From Smithellaceae bacterium (GTDB lineage Bacteria; Desulfobacterota; Syntrophia; Syntrophales; Smithellaceae), in NCBI GenBank assembly GCA_963667845.2, contig CAXXVL010000002.1:2336001-2400000 (forward strand): DNA of 64,000 nucleotides, given 5' to 3'. Of this stretch, positions 19,529 through 30,160 are shown one piece after another. The notes beneath the pieces are model-generated. The model ran no database searches. It saw only the letters and a list, made by a program, of their open reading frames with translations, and was not told where the DNA came from. How positions within the stretch are numbered: position 1 is the stretch's first letter; each line of letters opens with the position of its first letter. Position numbers and translations under genes: made by a program.

Positions 19529-21394
19529 TTGAACGTAGATAAGAGAATTTTGACTGACGAAAATTTGCAGAAAATTAAAGCCCTTAATAATCCGCATATA
19601 GAAAGGATTGTTGAGGAATATGTTAATTTATGCAAGCCGGCCAAAGTATCTGTAATTACCGACAGCTTTACGGATGTCGCCTATATTCGCCAAACGGCTG
19701 TGGATCTGGCCGAAGAGAAAAAATTGGCCATGCCCGGCCATACCGTGCATTTTGACAGTTTCTACGATCAGGGACGCGATAAAAAGAATACCTGTCTGCT
19801 TGTCACGCCGGATATGAAAGTATCCAGGATGATCGATGTGAAAGACAGAGAGGAAGGTCTCCATGAGGTTCGCGGCATTATGGACGGCATTATGAAAGGC
19901 AAGGAATGCTTCGTGCGCTTCTTTTGCCTGGGGCCGCTCCACTCGCGTTTCTCCATCGCCGCGTTGCAGATCACGGATTCCGCTTATGTCTCGCACAGCG
20001 AAGATTTGCTCTACCGCGTCGGCTACGAGCACTTCAAAACGCTGAAGGGTGCGGATGATTTTTTCTATCTGATTCATTCCGCGGGTGAACTCGATGAACG
20101 GGGCAATACCAAGAATATCAAGGATCGCAGAATTTATATTGATGTCCTCGGAAAGAAAGTTCTGACGGTCAATAACCAATATGCGGGCAACAGCGTGGGG
20201 TTGAAGAAACTGGCGCTCCGACTGGCGATATACAAGGCCAACAAGGAAGACTGGCTGACCGAGCATATGTTTATCATGGGCGTGAAGCCGGACAATAAGG
20301 GCGGCAGAGTCACCTATTTTACAGGTGCATTTCCCAGTGCCTGCGGCAAAACGTCCACCGCCATGGTGCCGGGACAGCAGATTGTCGGCGACGACATTGC
20401 GTATATCCGGCACAGCGACGACGGCAAGGCTTATGCGGTCAACATTGAGCAGGGCATCTTCGGCATTATCGAAGACGTGAACCCGGTCGACGACCCGGTC
20501 ATCTACGAAGCGCTCACGACTCCGCGCGAACTGATCTTCTCCAACGTGCTCGTGAAGGACGGTAAGCCGTATTGGCTGGGCATGGGGCAGATTCTTCCGG
20601 AAGAGGGAACCAACTTTTCCGGCGAGTGGAAGAAAGGCAAGAAAGACGATAAAGGCAATGAAATACCTCTGGCGCATAAGAATGCGCGCTACACGATTCG
20701 CCTGAGCGAATTGAAAAACGTGGACCCCAAACTCTACGATCCCGAAGGCGTCCCCGTGAGCGGCGTCATTTACGGCGGCCGTGATTCCGATACGTCCGTG
20801 CCGGTATACCAGAGTTTTGACTGGGCGCACGGCATGTTCGTCGGCGCCTCCCTGGAATCCGAGACGACGGCCGCGACGCTGGGCGCCGTCGGCGTGCGGG
20901 AGCTCTCCCCGATGGCGAACCTGGATTTTCTGGTCGTTCCGCTGGGGACGTATCTGACCAATCACATTAAATTCGGCAACCGGTTGATCGTCAAGCCGCT
21001 GGTCTTCGCGACGAACTATTTCCTGAAAGAAGACGGGAAATTTTTGAACGACAAAGTGGACAAGAAAGTGTGGCTGATGTGGATGGAGGGCCGGGTGCAC
21101 GGCGAATACAACGCGATTGAAACGCCGATCGGCTACATTCCAAAATATGAAGACATTGCAAAATTGTTTGTACAGATCTTCGGTAAGAAATTTACCCGTG
21201 AAATGTATGATAAACTTTTCTCCATCCGGGTGGATAAATTCCTGGAGAAACTGGACCGCGTGGAAAAAGCTTACAAGGAAGAGGAAAACATTCCCGATGA
21301 ATTTCATGCGATGATGGATATGTTGAGAAATCGTCTGAATGCGGCGAAGCAAAAGGCGGGCAAAACCATTATCCCTCCCGGTGAATTCGTTTAA
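19529..21394 (+). CDS. pckG: Phosphoenolpyruvate carboxykinase (GTP)
   Basis: YAGNSVGLKK, WLTEHM, AFPSACGKT, VGDDIAY, HKNARY, YGGR. Confidence 0.95.
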   Translation: MNVDKRILTDENLQKIKALNNPHIERIVEEYVNLCKPAKVSVITDSFTDVAYIRQTAVDLAEEKKLAMPGHTVHFDSFYDQGRDKKNTCLLVTPDMKVSRMIDVKDREEGLHEVRGIMDGIMKGKECFVRFFCLGPLHSRFSIAALQITDSAYVSHSEDLLYRVGYEHFKTLKGADDFFYLIHSAGELDERGNTKNIKDRRIYIDVLGKKVLTVNNQYAGNSVGLKKLALRLAIYKANKEDWLTEHMFIMGVKPDNKGGRVTYFTGAFPSACGKTSTAMVPGQQIVGDDIAYIRHSDDGKAYAVNIEQGIFGIIEDVNPVDDPVIYEALTTPRELIFSNVLVKDGKPYWLGMGQILPEEGTNFSGEWKKGKKDDKGNEIPLAHKNARYTIRLSELKNVDPKLYDPEGVPVSGVIYGGRDSDTSVPVYQSFDWAHGMFVGASLESETTAATLGAVGVRELSPMANLDFLVVPLGTYLTNHIKFGNRLIVKPLVFATNYFLKEDGKFLNDKVDKKVWLMWMEGRVHGEYNAIETPIGYIPKYEDIAKLFVQIFGKKFTREMYDKLFSIRVDKFLEKLDRVEKAYKEEENIPDEFHAMMDMLRNRLNAAKQKAGKTIIPPGEFV

Positions 21395-21418
21395 ACCTTT
21401 CAGTGAAGAATTTATAAC

Positions 21419-21448
21419 AAAAAGCCCCGCCGGTCCGCGGGGCTTTTT
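21419..21448. terminator. Bidirectional intrinsic terminator
   Basis: AAAAAGCCCCGC-loop-GCGGGGCTTTTT between convergent genes. Confidence 0.85.
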
Positions 21449-21462
21449 AAATTCATTGTAAA

Positions 21463-21513
21463 CCTACAGCCTACAGCCTACAGCCTACAGCCGAACAGGC
21501 TAATAGCCTAAAG
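21463..21513. repeat. Heptamer tandem repeat (CCTACAG)x4 plus degenerate copies
   Basis: Directly visible. Confidence 0.85.
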
Positions 21514-21516
21514 TTC

Positions 21517-22896
21517 CTACTTAAGCTTGCTTCTGATATCCGGCCGGTCTGCAAGATCGGTTGTGTAACTGCCGTTAATAAAGTCTTCTTCCTGGAGAAT
21601 GACATGGTGGAAGGGCAATGTCGTTTTCGGGCCCTGAAGCTCGACTTCTCCAAGTGCCCGCTGCATGCGGGCGATGGCTTCCGCGCGCGTTTTACCCACG
21701 CTCATCATTTTCATCATCAGGGAATCATAATAAAAAGGGAAATTGTAACCTTCAAAAATACCTTCATCAATCCGGATGCCGGGACCGTGAGGCAGGATAA
21801 GTTTGCGGATGACGCCTGGCGAGGGAATAAAATTGCGCAGCGCGTCTTCCGCGTTGATGCGGCATTCGATGGCGTGCACGCGCATGCGGATATCGTCCTG
21901 GCTGAAGCTGAGTTCTTCGCCCTCGGCGATTCTGATCTGCTCGCGGATAATGTCGATGCCCGTGACCATCTCGGTAACGCAATGTTCCACCTGCAGGCGG
22001 GAATTGATTTCATTGAAATAGAATTTCCGTTCTTCCGGAAAATAAAAAAACTCGACCGTCAGGGCGCCCACATAATCCAGCGCCAGGGCGACGTCGATGG
22101 CGGCCGCGCCCATTTTCATTCTCCAGAACGGGCTGACAATCGGGCAGGGGGCTTCTTCCACCAGCTTTTGAAATCGGCGCTGTACCGAGCAGTCGCGTTC
22201 ACCCATATGGACCACGTTTCCGTGTTGATCGGCCAATACCTGAAATTCGACATGCTTCATCCCGTGGAGAAACTTTTCGATATAGAAGGAGGAGGTGCCG
22301 AAGGCTTTGCGTCCGCGGGTTTCGGCGCCGGCAATGGCTTTGCCCAGTTCTTCTTCATTGCGGGCGATCATGATCCCGATGCCGCCGCCACCGCCGGAAG
22401 GCTTGACGATAACGGGATAGCCAATTTCTTGTGCTATTTCCCGGGCGCGTTGTGTCCCTTCTGCGGTGCCGTTCGTGATGGCGTCATCGCAGCCGGGCGT
22501 CACGGGAATATTGATCATCCGCATCAGCTGGCGGGCGCGGTTCTTGGGTTTGGCTTTGAACATGCACTCACTGGACGGCCCGATAAAAATGATCTTCTCT
22601 CTTTCACACAGTTCCACAAATTCCGGATTCTCGGAGAGAAAGCCGTAACCCGGGTGGATGGCATCGGCGCCGCTTTGTTTGGCCACATTAACGATCTTTT
22701 CAAAATTAAGGTAGCTTTCCGCCGCTTCCGGCGGACCAATCTCGTAGATTTCATCCGCCAGTCTGACATGCAGAGCATCGGTGTCCGCCTGGGAGAAAAC
22801 CGCGGCTGTGCGGATGCCCATATCCTTGCAGGTGCGGATGATCCGGACGGCGATTTCGCCGCGGTTGGCAATCAATATTTTTTTAAACTTTGTCAT
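21517..22896 (-). CDS. accC: Biotin carboxylase (AccC/PycA-type)
   Basis: ILIANRGEIAVRI, HPGYGFLSEN, GGGG loop, RDCSVQRR, RLQVEH, ECRINAED. Confidence 0.92.
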   Translation of the reverse strand: MTKFKKILIANRGEIAVRIIRTCKDMGIRTAAVFSQADTDALHVRLADEIYEIGPPEAAESYLNFEKIVNVAKQSGADAIHPGYGFLSENPEFVELCEREKIIFIGPSSECMFKAKPKNRARQLMRMINIPVTPGCDDAITNGTAEGTQRAREIAQEIGYPVIVKPSGGGGGIGIMIARNEEELGKAIAGAETRGRKAFGTSSFYIEKFLHGMKHVEFQVLADQHGNVVHMGERDCSVQRRFQKLVEEAPCPIVSPFWRMKMGAAAIDVALALDYVGALTVEFFYFPEERKFYFNEINSRLQVEHCVTEMVTGIDIIREQIRIAEGEELSFSQDDIRMRVHAIECRINAEDALRNFIPSPGVIRKLILPHGPGIRIDEGIFEGYNFPFYYDSLMMKMMSVGKTRAEAIARMQRALGEVELQGPKTTLPFHHVILQEEDFINGSYTTDLADRPDIRSKLK

Positions 22897-23086
22897 GAAA
22901 TAAACAACTCCTGTCAATTATTCGGTGTGATCTGAATGCGAGCGGTAGCAGTAACCATGCCACATGAAAATAGGAGGGATGCCTGTTGTAAGAATTTGGA
23001 ATGAAAGGAAAATGCTAAAAATACGGGGGCGAGACAAAAAGAAGAAAGGGTATTTTCGTGTAAAATATTTCACAGCAGGGACGACA

Positions 23087-24442
23087 TTACACACCATGTG
23101 CCTCTATGCGAGCGCGAGTGAACCGTTCAATCGGACATATCACCTGGTCAGGTGCGGCAGAAAATAGTGCGATCTGCGGGAAGATGATCAGCAGGACGGC
23201 CAGGGCAATCATGGCATAGAGCATGTGCAGCGATCCCTTGAAGACGACATGCAGCGGGACGTCGCGCGCAACGCCGGCAACAACGTAGGCATTAATGCCG
23301 ACCGGCGGTGTGATGACGCCCATCTCCGCCACAATCACGATCATGACGCCGAACCAGATCGGATCAAAACCCATACTGAGGACGACGGGATAGAAAATGG
23401 GGATGGTGAGCATGATCATGGCCAGTGAATCCATCAGGCAGCCGAGGAATAAATAAATCATAATGATGAAACCCATGATGATCAGGGGATGCAATGAAAG
23501 ACCGGAAACATAGGCTCCGATATCGGCGGGGATGCGCGTTACGGCGAGGAAATGTCCGAAGACCGTGGCGCCCGCAACGACTACGAAAATCATGCAGGAA
23601 ATCCGGGTCGTATCGTAAAGCGCGTTCTTAAATCCCGTCCAGGTCAGGTTGCGTCCGATCAACGCGATAATAATCGTGCCGAAAGCGCCGACGCCCGCGG
23701 CTTCTGTCGGCGTGAAGAATCCGGCGAACAGGCCGCCCATCACCAGAACAAATAGCAGCAGGGTTTCAATGAGGCCGGATAAGGATTTGAATTTTTCCGC
23801 CCAGGTGCTTTTCGGGCCGCGCGGTCCGACTTCGGGGCGAAAGTACGTCCAGAGCAAAATAGAGATAATGAAGAAACAGGAGAGCAAGATTCCCGGGATG
23901 ACGCCGGCCAGGAAGAGTTCACCGATGGATTGTTCGGTCATGATGCCGTAAATAATAAAGATCGTGCTGGGAGGAATAAGGATGCCCAGACTGCCTCCTG
24001 CCGCGACCACGCCGGTTGCCAGCGCCGGGTCGTATTTAAATTTCTTCATTTCCGGCAGGGCGACGGAGGCCATTGTAGCAGCTGTCGCGCTGGTGGATCC
24101 GCAGACGGCGGAAAACCCCGCGCAGGCGCCGATTGTGGCGATCGCCAGGCCGCCGGGCAGGTGACCGAAAAATTTATGCGCAGCATTGAACAGACGGCCG
24201 CTGATGCCCGAGTGAAAAGCAACCTGACCCATGAGGACAAACAAGGGGATTACGGTCAGATTATACGAACTGAAGGTGGAATAAAAATCGCGGATCAAGA
24301 TATTCGAAGCGGCGCTCCAGGAGACGACATAACCGAATCCAAGATACCCGACAATGGCCATGACGAATCCTACGGGCATCCGGAGGAACATCAAAATGAT
24401 TAATACGGCAAAGCCGATCAGGCCGATCGTTGTAGGGTTCAT
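23087..24442 (-). CDS. dctM: TRAP transporter large permease
   Basis: IPLFVLMG, GILIPPS, FTPTEAA, ITPPVG; C-terminus probably frameshifted (see findings). Confidence 0.93.
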   Translation of the reverse strand: MNPTTIGLIGFAVLIILMFLRMPVGFVMAIVGYLGFGYVVSWSAASNILIRDFYSTFSSYNLTVIPLFVLMGQVAFHSGISGRLFNAAHKFFGHLPGGLAIATIGACAGFSAVCGSTSATAATMASVALPEMKKFKYDPALATGVVAAGGSLGILIPPSTIFIIYGIMTEQSIGELFLAGVIPGILLSCFFIISILLWTYFRPEVGPRGPKSTWAEKFKSLSGLIETLLLFVLVMGGLFAGFFTPTEAAGVGAFGTIIIALIGRNLTWTGFKNALYDTTRISCMIFVVVAGATVFGHFLAVTRIPADIGAYVSGLSLHPLIIMGFIIMIYLFLGCLMDSLAMIMLTIPIFYPVVLSMGFDPIWFGVMIVIVAEMGVITPPVGINAYVVAGVARDVPLHVVFKGSLHMLYAMIALAVLLIIFPQIALFSAAPDQVICPIERFTRARIEAHGV

Positions 24443-24924
24443 GTGACAATGGTCCTTCGCAGCGATTTAAGAAAATCGGCAACCAGCAGCAGGCAAAGCA
24501 GGGCGCATCCGGCGGCGATACCGATGATAAAGGGATAAGGAGGCATCTGGAGCGTTAATGAGACTTCTCCACTTTTTTTAATGTCGATAGCGTAAACGAC
24601 AGCCTGATAGGCGATCACGCCGAAGAGCAGCGCGCCGATCAGGTTACAAAAGGCTTCGATGGCCAGTTGTGCGCGCTGCGGCAGCTTTTGAACCAGAATC
24701 TCAACTGCAATGTGTCCTTTTTCCATCGACGTAAACGCCAGGGCGAAGGACACAACGACGGTACCGAGAAATCCAACGAGTTCATAAGTGCCGGGGATGG
24801 GTTTGCTAAACAGGCGCAAAATAACGTCTGCCACAGACAGCAGCATCATGACGACGACAGCGGCGCAGGCAAGGACATTGAAGCCCTTGCCTGCGCGCGT
24901 GATAAATTTTGTCGGACCGAGCAT
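24439..24924 (-). CDS. dctQ: TRAP transporter small permease
   Basis: DVILR...PIPGTYEL, GHIAVE; 4 TM helices; overlaps dctM start. Confidence 0.92.
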   Translation of the reverse strand: MLGPTKFITRAGKGFNVLACAAVVVMMLLSVADVILRLFSKPIPGTYELVGFLGTVVVSFALAFTSMEKGHIAVEILVQKLPQRAQLAIEAFCNLIGALLFGVIAYQAVVYAIDIKKSGEVSLTLQMPPYPFIIGIAAGCALLCLLLVADFLKSLRRTIVT

Positions 24925-24937
24925 GAATAGAATGTCC

Positions 24938-25966
24938 TTATTTTTTGACTTTGGAGTATTTCTTGATCAATGCCTTGGTCTCCGCAAGGGCCTGTTTGCC
25001 CGGCAGGCCTTTACTTTCCGTCGCCTTGATATAGCCTTCGGAGACCGGTTTGACGGCAGCTTCCCATCGGGCTTCTTCCGCATCGGACAATTTGATCATT
25101 TTGTTACCGAGTTCCGCGGAATACTTATAGCCTTCGGCATCCGCATCATCCCAGGCTTTGCCGGCTACGGCAATCCATTCGTGGCTGACATCGTCAAACA
25201 CTTTCTGCACATCCTTGGGCAGTGATTCCCACTTCTTCTTGTTCATGACGACGAACATGGCAGTCGTGTAGCCGATGCTGGTGCAGTCGGTCGTATACTT
25301 GATCACCTGCGCCTGTTTCCAGCCCTTCAGCGTCTCCATCGGGGCCAGTGTACCCTGCACGACGCCTTTTTGCAGGGCTTCATACGTTCCGCCCTGAGGC
25401 ATGGCTACCGACACGCCTCCCAGGCTCTCCACGATTTTAGCACTGAGACCTGTCGACCGGATTTTCATTCCTTTGAGATCCTCCATCTTATGAACCGGCT
25501 TCTGGGTGTGCAAGAGGCCCGGGCCATGAGCATGCAGGTAGAGCACCTTGACGTCGTCGAGCTCTTTGGGCTTCATCTTTTTGACAAAGTCGTTGGCAAC
25601 GAGCGTAGCCACCATACCATTCGGATATCCCAGCGGCAAATCCAGTACTTCCAGAAGCGGCAGACGGCCGCGGGTGTACGCGAAGCAGGACATACCGATG
25701 TCGGAAATACCCTTCACAACACCGTCAAAGCATTGATCGGCCGGCGTCAGCGAACCGCCTGAAAAAATGTTGATTTTAACTTTGCCGCCGGTACGTTTTT
25801 CAATTTCTTTGGCCCAGTTTTCGCCGGCTTTGGCCTGTGCATGCGTGGCCGGGAAAAAGATGCTGTATGTCATTGTTGTCTGGGCCAGCACGCCGGAGGC
25901 GCACCCCAGAACAAAAAATAACGTCATTAATGATAAAATTGTAACTGAAAAAATCCCCTTTTTCAT
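24938..25966 (-). CDS. dctP: TRAP substrate-binding protein
   Basis: [38 protein letters not shown]; start 25966 after GGAGGGAG. Confidence 0.93.
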   Translation of the reverse strand: MKKGIFSVTILSLMTLFFVLGCASGVLAQTTMTYSIFFPATHAQAKAGENWAKEIEKRTGGKVKINIFSGGSLTPADQCFDGVVKGISDIGMSCFAYTRGRLPLLEVLDLPLGYPNGMVATLVANDFVKKMKPKELDDVKVLYLHAHGPGLLHTQKPVHKMEDLKGMKIRSTGLSAKIVESLGGVSVAMPQGGTYEALQKGVVQGTLAPMETLKGWKQAQVIKYTTDCTSIGYTTAMFVVMNKKKWESLPKDVQKVFDDVSHEWIAVAGKAWDDADAEGYKYSAELGNKMIKLSDAEEARWEAAVKPVSEGYIKATESKGLPGKQALAETKALIKKYSKVKK

Positions 25967-26245
25967 TACCTGCTCCCTCCAACCTTTCATTATTGTAAAG
26001 AAACACAAACTTACTGAATGAATTGTTTGTGATAATGATCTTAAAATGTGTGCTTTTGATTTCGGACAAGCCTGCTTACCTGATTTCGCTAGGCAAGCAG
26101 GCATCGATACATATAGATATAATAAGGCGAGAATTTACTTGTGGAAAATTTATGCATACCACTGTCCATAAAATTTTAATTGATGTGGCTAATATGTGAT
26201 TTGACCGGTTGTGTCAAGAGGTATTTAAAAAGATTCAATTCGGAT

Positions 26246-26542
26246 TCAAGTCTGTTTTCTTTCATCCTTCAGCTTATCCAATTCTTCACGGTAGCGGGAA
26301 GCTTCCGCTTTCGCCGATTCGATTTCTTCCTTGGCTCTTTCCAGTTCTTCATCCTGCCGCTGTCTTTCTTCCCGAATTTTATCCTGAATCTCGTCAAAAC
26401 CGACATAGATGGCCAGACCGCCGCCCAGAAGCAGAAAGATCGGTAAGGCGCCTTGCAGGAGGTTTATGAAATCGCCCCACCAGAATATCAAACTGATCAG
26501 CCCGATAACAGCGGCAATGACGCCTCCCGTCAGCAAAGACAT
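26246..26542 (-). CDS. Two-TM plus coiled-coil protein resembling MamI
   Basis: G..A..IGL..L..WW..F...L.GA.P..L...G..A...G pattern; GGAGG RBS. Confidence 0.7.
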   Translation of the reverse strand: MSLLTGGVIAAVIGLISLIFWWGDFINLLQGALPIFLLLGGGLAIYVGFDEIQDKIREERQRQDEELERAKEEIESAKAEASRYREELDKLKDERKQT

Positions 26543-26657
26543 AACCCAACCTCCGCATAATAGATTCAGTGTTTCTGATCAATTTACGGTGGGGTCCTAC
26601 CACGAACGGCAGGGTTAGGCAAGCCGGAAATAGATGATTATTAAGATAAAATTTTTC

Positions 26658-26686
26658 TTGATTTAATGAGATTCATCATTTAAATA
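26658..26686 (+). promoter_or_regulatory. Putative sigma70-type promoter for his genes
   Basis: TTGATT-N17-TAAATA upstream of hisI. Confidence 0.45.
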
Positions 26687-26719
26687 AAACAGTTCTAAAA
26701 GTTATAGAAAAACTGCAAG

Positions 26720-27106
26720 ATGAAGGAAGTTATGATTGAACCGAATTTTGAAAAATCCGGCGGATTGATTCCCGCCATCGTCCAAGACGCCGAAACGAAA
26801 GATGTATTGATGCTGGCCTACATGAACAAGGATTCGTGGGAGGCGACCCTTCAATCGGGCAAGGCGACGTTCTGGAGCAGGTCACGGCAAAAACTCTGGC
26901 TGAAGGGTGAAAGCTCCGGCAATGTCCAGATGATAAAGAATATTTTCATTGATTGTGATGACGACACGATTCTATTGCAGGTCGATCAGCTGGGCGGCGC
27001 AGCCTGCCATACCGGCCATCGGTCATGTTTTTACCGGAAGCTGGCGGGCGGCGATTTTGAGATCGTCGGCGAAAAAGTCTTTAATCCTGAGGATGTATAT
27101 AAATGA
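26720..27106 (+). CDS. hisI: Phosphoribosyl-AMP cyclohydrolase
   Basis: [31 protein letters not shown]. Confidence 0.96.
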   Translation: MKEVMIEPNFEKSGGLIPAIVQDAETKDVLMLAYMNKDSWEATLQSGKATFWSRSRQKLWLKGESSGNVQMIKNIFIDCDDDTILLQVDQLGGAACHTGHRSCFYRKLAGGDFEIVGEKVFNPEDVYK

Positions 27107-27975
27107 ATGTATTGAAATTAGGTATCCCTAAGGGAAGCCTCGAAAATAATACGGTTGATCTGTTTAAGAAAGCCGGCTGGCGAATTACGTATGACAGCCG
27201 CAGCTACTTCCCGGACATCGACGATCCGGAGATTTCCTGCACGCTCGTGCGGGCTCAGGAAATGTCCCGCTACATCGAAGACGGCCACTTGGATCTGGGG
27301 CTGACCGGCATCGACTGGATTATGGAAAACAACTCCGACGTGGTTCCGGTGCAGGACCTGATCTATTCCAAAGTCTCGACCAGACAAGCCCGCTGGGTGC
27401 TGGTGGTGCGGGATGATTCTCCGATCCGTTCCATCGAAGACATGGAAGGCAAACACATTTCCACGGAACTGGTTAACTTTACCAAACGATATTTTGCCGA
27501 AAAGAACATCAAGGTCAGCGTAGAGTTTTCCTGGGGCGCGACGGAGGCGAAAGTTGTGGACGGTCTGGTTGACGCTGTCGTGGAAGTAACGGAAACCGGC
27601 TCGACGATCCGTGCCAACAAATTACGGATCGTCCATGAGCTGATGAGAACCAATACGCAGTTGATTGCCAACCGCGCCGCCTGGGATGATTCCTGGAAGC
27701 GTAAGAAGATAGAACAGATCCGGACACTGCTGACCGGTTCCCTCCTGGCGATGGGCAAGGCGGGCCTTAAGCTCAATGTGGCCAAGGCGAATCTGGACCG
27801 TGTAATGAAACTGTTGCCGTCGCTCAAAGCCCCGACAATCTCCAGCCTCTATTCCGAAGAATGGTTTGCGATTGAAACCGTTGTTGATACAGGTGTTGTG
27901 CGCGATCTGATCCCGCAGCTCGTGGATGCGGGTGCGCAGGGTATTATCGAGTATCCGCTCAACAAAGTCATATAA
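27103..27975 (+). CDS. hisG: ATP phosphoribosyltransferase (long form)
   Basis: [30 protein letters not shown]-terminal regulatory domain. Confidence 0.96.
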   Translation: MNVLKLGIPKGSLENNTVDLFKKAGWRITYDSRSYFPDIDDPEISCTLVRAQEMSRYIEDGHLDLGLTGIDWIMENNSDVVPVQDLIYSKVSTRQARWVLVVRDDSPIRSIEDMEGKHISTELVNFTKRYFAEKNIKVSVEFSWGATEAKVVDGLVDAVVEVTETGSTIRANKLRIVHELMRTNTQLIANRAAWDDSWKRKKIEQIRTLLTGSLLAMGKAGLKLNVAKANLDRVMKLLPSLKAPTISSLYSEEWFAIETVVDTGVVRDLIPQLVDAGAQGIIEYPLNKVI

Positions 27976-27987
27976 ACGGAGGCAGGC

Positions 27988-28578
27988 ATGTCCAGGAAAG
28001 CAAAGGTTGTCCGCAAAACGACGGAAACGGATATCGCGCTCAATATTGATCTGGATCAATCAACCGGCAGCAAAATCGACACCACCATCCCTTTTTTAAA
28101 TCACATGCTGGATCTCTTTGTCCGCCATGGCCAGTTCAAGCTGGTGATTAAAAGCACCGGGGATACGGAAATCGACGATCATCATCTGGTTGAGGATCTG
28201 GGAATTTGCCTGGGACAGGCGGTATGCGAGGCGCTGGGTAAAAAAGCTGGCATCAATCGCTACGGGTCGGCGTCGGTTCCGATGGACGAATGCCTTTGCC
28301 GGGTGGACCTTGATGTTTCCGGCCGGCCTTATCTGATTTACAAGGTCCGGTATGAACGCCGGAAGATCGGCGGTTTTGATCCGGCACTGGTCAAAGAATT
28401 TTTCAAGGCCTTTACCGATCACAGCGGTGTTACGCTGCACATCAATCTTGTTTACGGCAGCAACAGTCATCACATTATTGAAGCCGTGTTTAAAGCGTTT
28501 GCGCGAGCGCTGAGGCAGGCTGTGAACATCAATCCGGAAATTTCAGGGGTTCTGTCGACAAAAGGCACGCTCTGCTAG
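27988..28578 (+). CDS. hisB: Imidazoleglycerol-phosphate dehydratase
   Basis: RKTTETDI, DDHHLVED, PMDE, NSHHIIEAVFKA, STKGTL. Confidence 0.96.
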   Translation: MSRKAKVVRKTTETDIALNIDLDQSTGSKIDTTIPFLNHMLDLFVRHGQFKLVIKSTGDTEIDDHHLVEDLGICLGQAVCEALGKKAGINRYGSASVPMDECLCRVDLDVSGRPYLIYKVRYERRKIGGFDPALVKEFFKAFTDHSGVTLHINLVYGSNSHHIIEAVFKAFARALRQAVNINPEISGVLSTKGTLC

Positions 28579-28597
28579 AAAGGCTAGGTTTCCTAAC

Positions 28598-29281
28598 GTG
28601 AGAAATATTTTCTCGATAAGAAGAATTTGCTGCGTGATATTGTTTTTCGGGTTCATGGTTTTCTTGCCCGTAAGCCTTTACGCGCAGGAGAAAACGAAGC
28701 CCGTGGAAAAAAATCATGTCCGTCTCGCGGTGCTGCCATTTCAGACTGTGATTCCGGAGGACGAATCCACGACCGTCCGTTGTCCGATTTGCGGCAGCGT
28801 GAATTCCAGCGGCAGTATTGTCAAAGGCGCTGAACAGATTGTTCAGGAAATTTTTATGGACAAGCTGAGGGATGTGAAAGATGTGGACATCATCCCGGCG
28901 GAAAGAGTGGCGGGCGTCTACCAGCGGATTTCCGCGGATTCCCTGAAACAAACGGTATTGCAGGTTCTTGAGCGCGTCGGGAGTGAGGTGCACGCCGATG
29001 TGATGGTAATCGGCTATGTCTACCGCTATCGAGAGCGCGTCGGCTATGACTATTCCGTGGAACGTCCCGCGTCGGTTGGATTTGAGATTCACATGATATC
29101 CGTCAAGAACGGGAACACACTCTGGCGCGGCATTTTCGATAAGACGCAAAAATCGCTCATGGAAGACGTCTTCCAGGCATCTTCTTTTTTCAAGGGAGGC
29201 GCCAAATGGTTGACTGCGCGCCAGTTGGCGAAATTGGGTGTTGATGAAGTTTTTTCGACGTTCACCGGGTTTGAACAATAA
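28598..29281 (+). CDS. Exported hypothetical protein (LAVLPF, TolB-N/CsgG-like fold; CxxC)
   Basis: Signal peptide, LAVLPF strand, CPIC, PASVGFEIHMI...G.TLW. Confidence 0.7.
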   Translation: MRNIFSIRRICCVILFFGFMVFLPVSLYAQEKTKPVEKNHVRLAVLPFQTVIPEDESTTVRCPICGSVNSSGSIVKGAEQIVQEIFMDKLRDVKDVDIIPAERVAGVYQRISADSLKQTVLQVLERVGSEVHADVMVIGYVYRYRERVGYDYSVERPASVGFEIHMISVKNGNTLWRGIFDKTQKSLMEDVFQASSFFKGGAKWLTARQLAKLGVDEVFSTFTGFEQ

Positions 29282-29409
29282 CGAATCCCTATAGCGAGTT
29301 CATCGAGTGCGCTTTGGCTGCGACCTTCCGTGAACTCGAAGCGTTGTTATTTTCGAGCAGAATATCACGACCGGTATTCTGAATCACTTTTCTATGAAGG
29401 AGTTTTAAG

Positions 29410-30141
29410 TTGCTGATTATCCCGGCGGTTGACATAAAAGGCGGTCAATGCGTCCGTCTGGCGCAGGGCGATTTCAATCGTGTGACGGTCTATGCCGAGA
29501 ACCCCGTGGACATGGCGCGTCTCTGGGCAGGGAAAGGCGCCGAGCGGATTCATATCGTGGATTTGGACGGTTCGGTTGCCGGATTGCCGCAAAACGGGTC
29601 CGTCATTCTGGATATCGCAAAGTCGGTTTCCGTACCGATTGAAGTCGGCGGCGGGATTCGCAGCATGGAGACGGTCAACTATTATCTGCAAAATGGTGTA
29701 TCAAGCGTCATTCTGGGGACCGCGGCGATTCAGGATGAAGACTTTGTCAAGACGGCAGCCCGAATCCATCCCGGAAAAATCATTCTGGGAATCGATGCGC
29801 TGGAAGGTCAGGTCGCTGTCCGGGGCTGGACCGAAAAGACCGGCCAAAACGCCATCGAACTCGCCTCGCGCTATGAAGGTTGCGGAATCCAAGCTATTAT
29901 TTATACGGATATTCATCGTGACGGCATGGAAACCGGCGTGAACGTGGAGCAGACGCGGGCACTCGCGAAGTCGGTATCCATTCCGGTGATTGCATCCGGC
30001 GGGGTAGCCACGCTCGCGGATATTGATCGGTTGCTGGCTGTCAGGGATTGTTCATTTTTCGGCGTAATTGTCGGGCGTGCGCTCTACACGGGGGCGATCG
30101 ATCTGGAAGACGCCGTCGCGAAGACGCGCGAGGTCGCCTGA
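29410..30141 (+). CDS. hisA: HisA isomerase
   Basis: IIPAVDIKGGQCVRLAQG, HIVDLDG, VGGGIR, TDIHRDG, IASGG. Confidence 0.96.
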   Translation: MLIIPAVDIKGGQCVRLAQGDFNRVTVYAENPVDMARLWAGKGAERIHIVDLDGSVAGLPQNGSVILDIAKSVSVPIEVGGGIRSMETVNYYLQNGVSSVILGTAAIQDEDFVKTAARIHPGKIILGIDALEGQVAVRGWTEKTGQNAIELASRYEGCGIQAIIYTDIHRDGMETGVNVEQTRALAKSVSIPVIASGGVATLADIDRLLAVRDCSFFGVIVGRALYTGAIDLEDAVAKTREVA

Positions 30142-30160
30142 GACCGGGAGAAGGGAGACT

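Noticed and set aside
19628..22935. Long antisense ORFs (574 aa and 443 aa) opposite pckG and accC
   Set aside because: Shadow frames of strongly conserved genes in GC-rich coding DNA; the same applies to the many antisense ORFs across the hdr clusters
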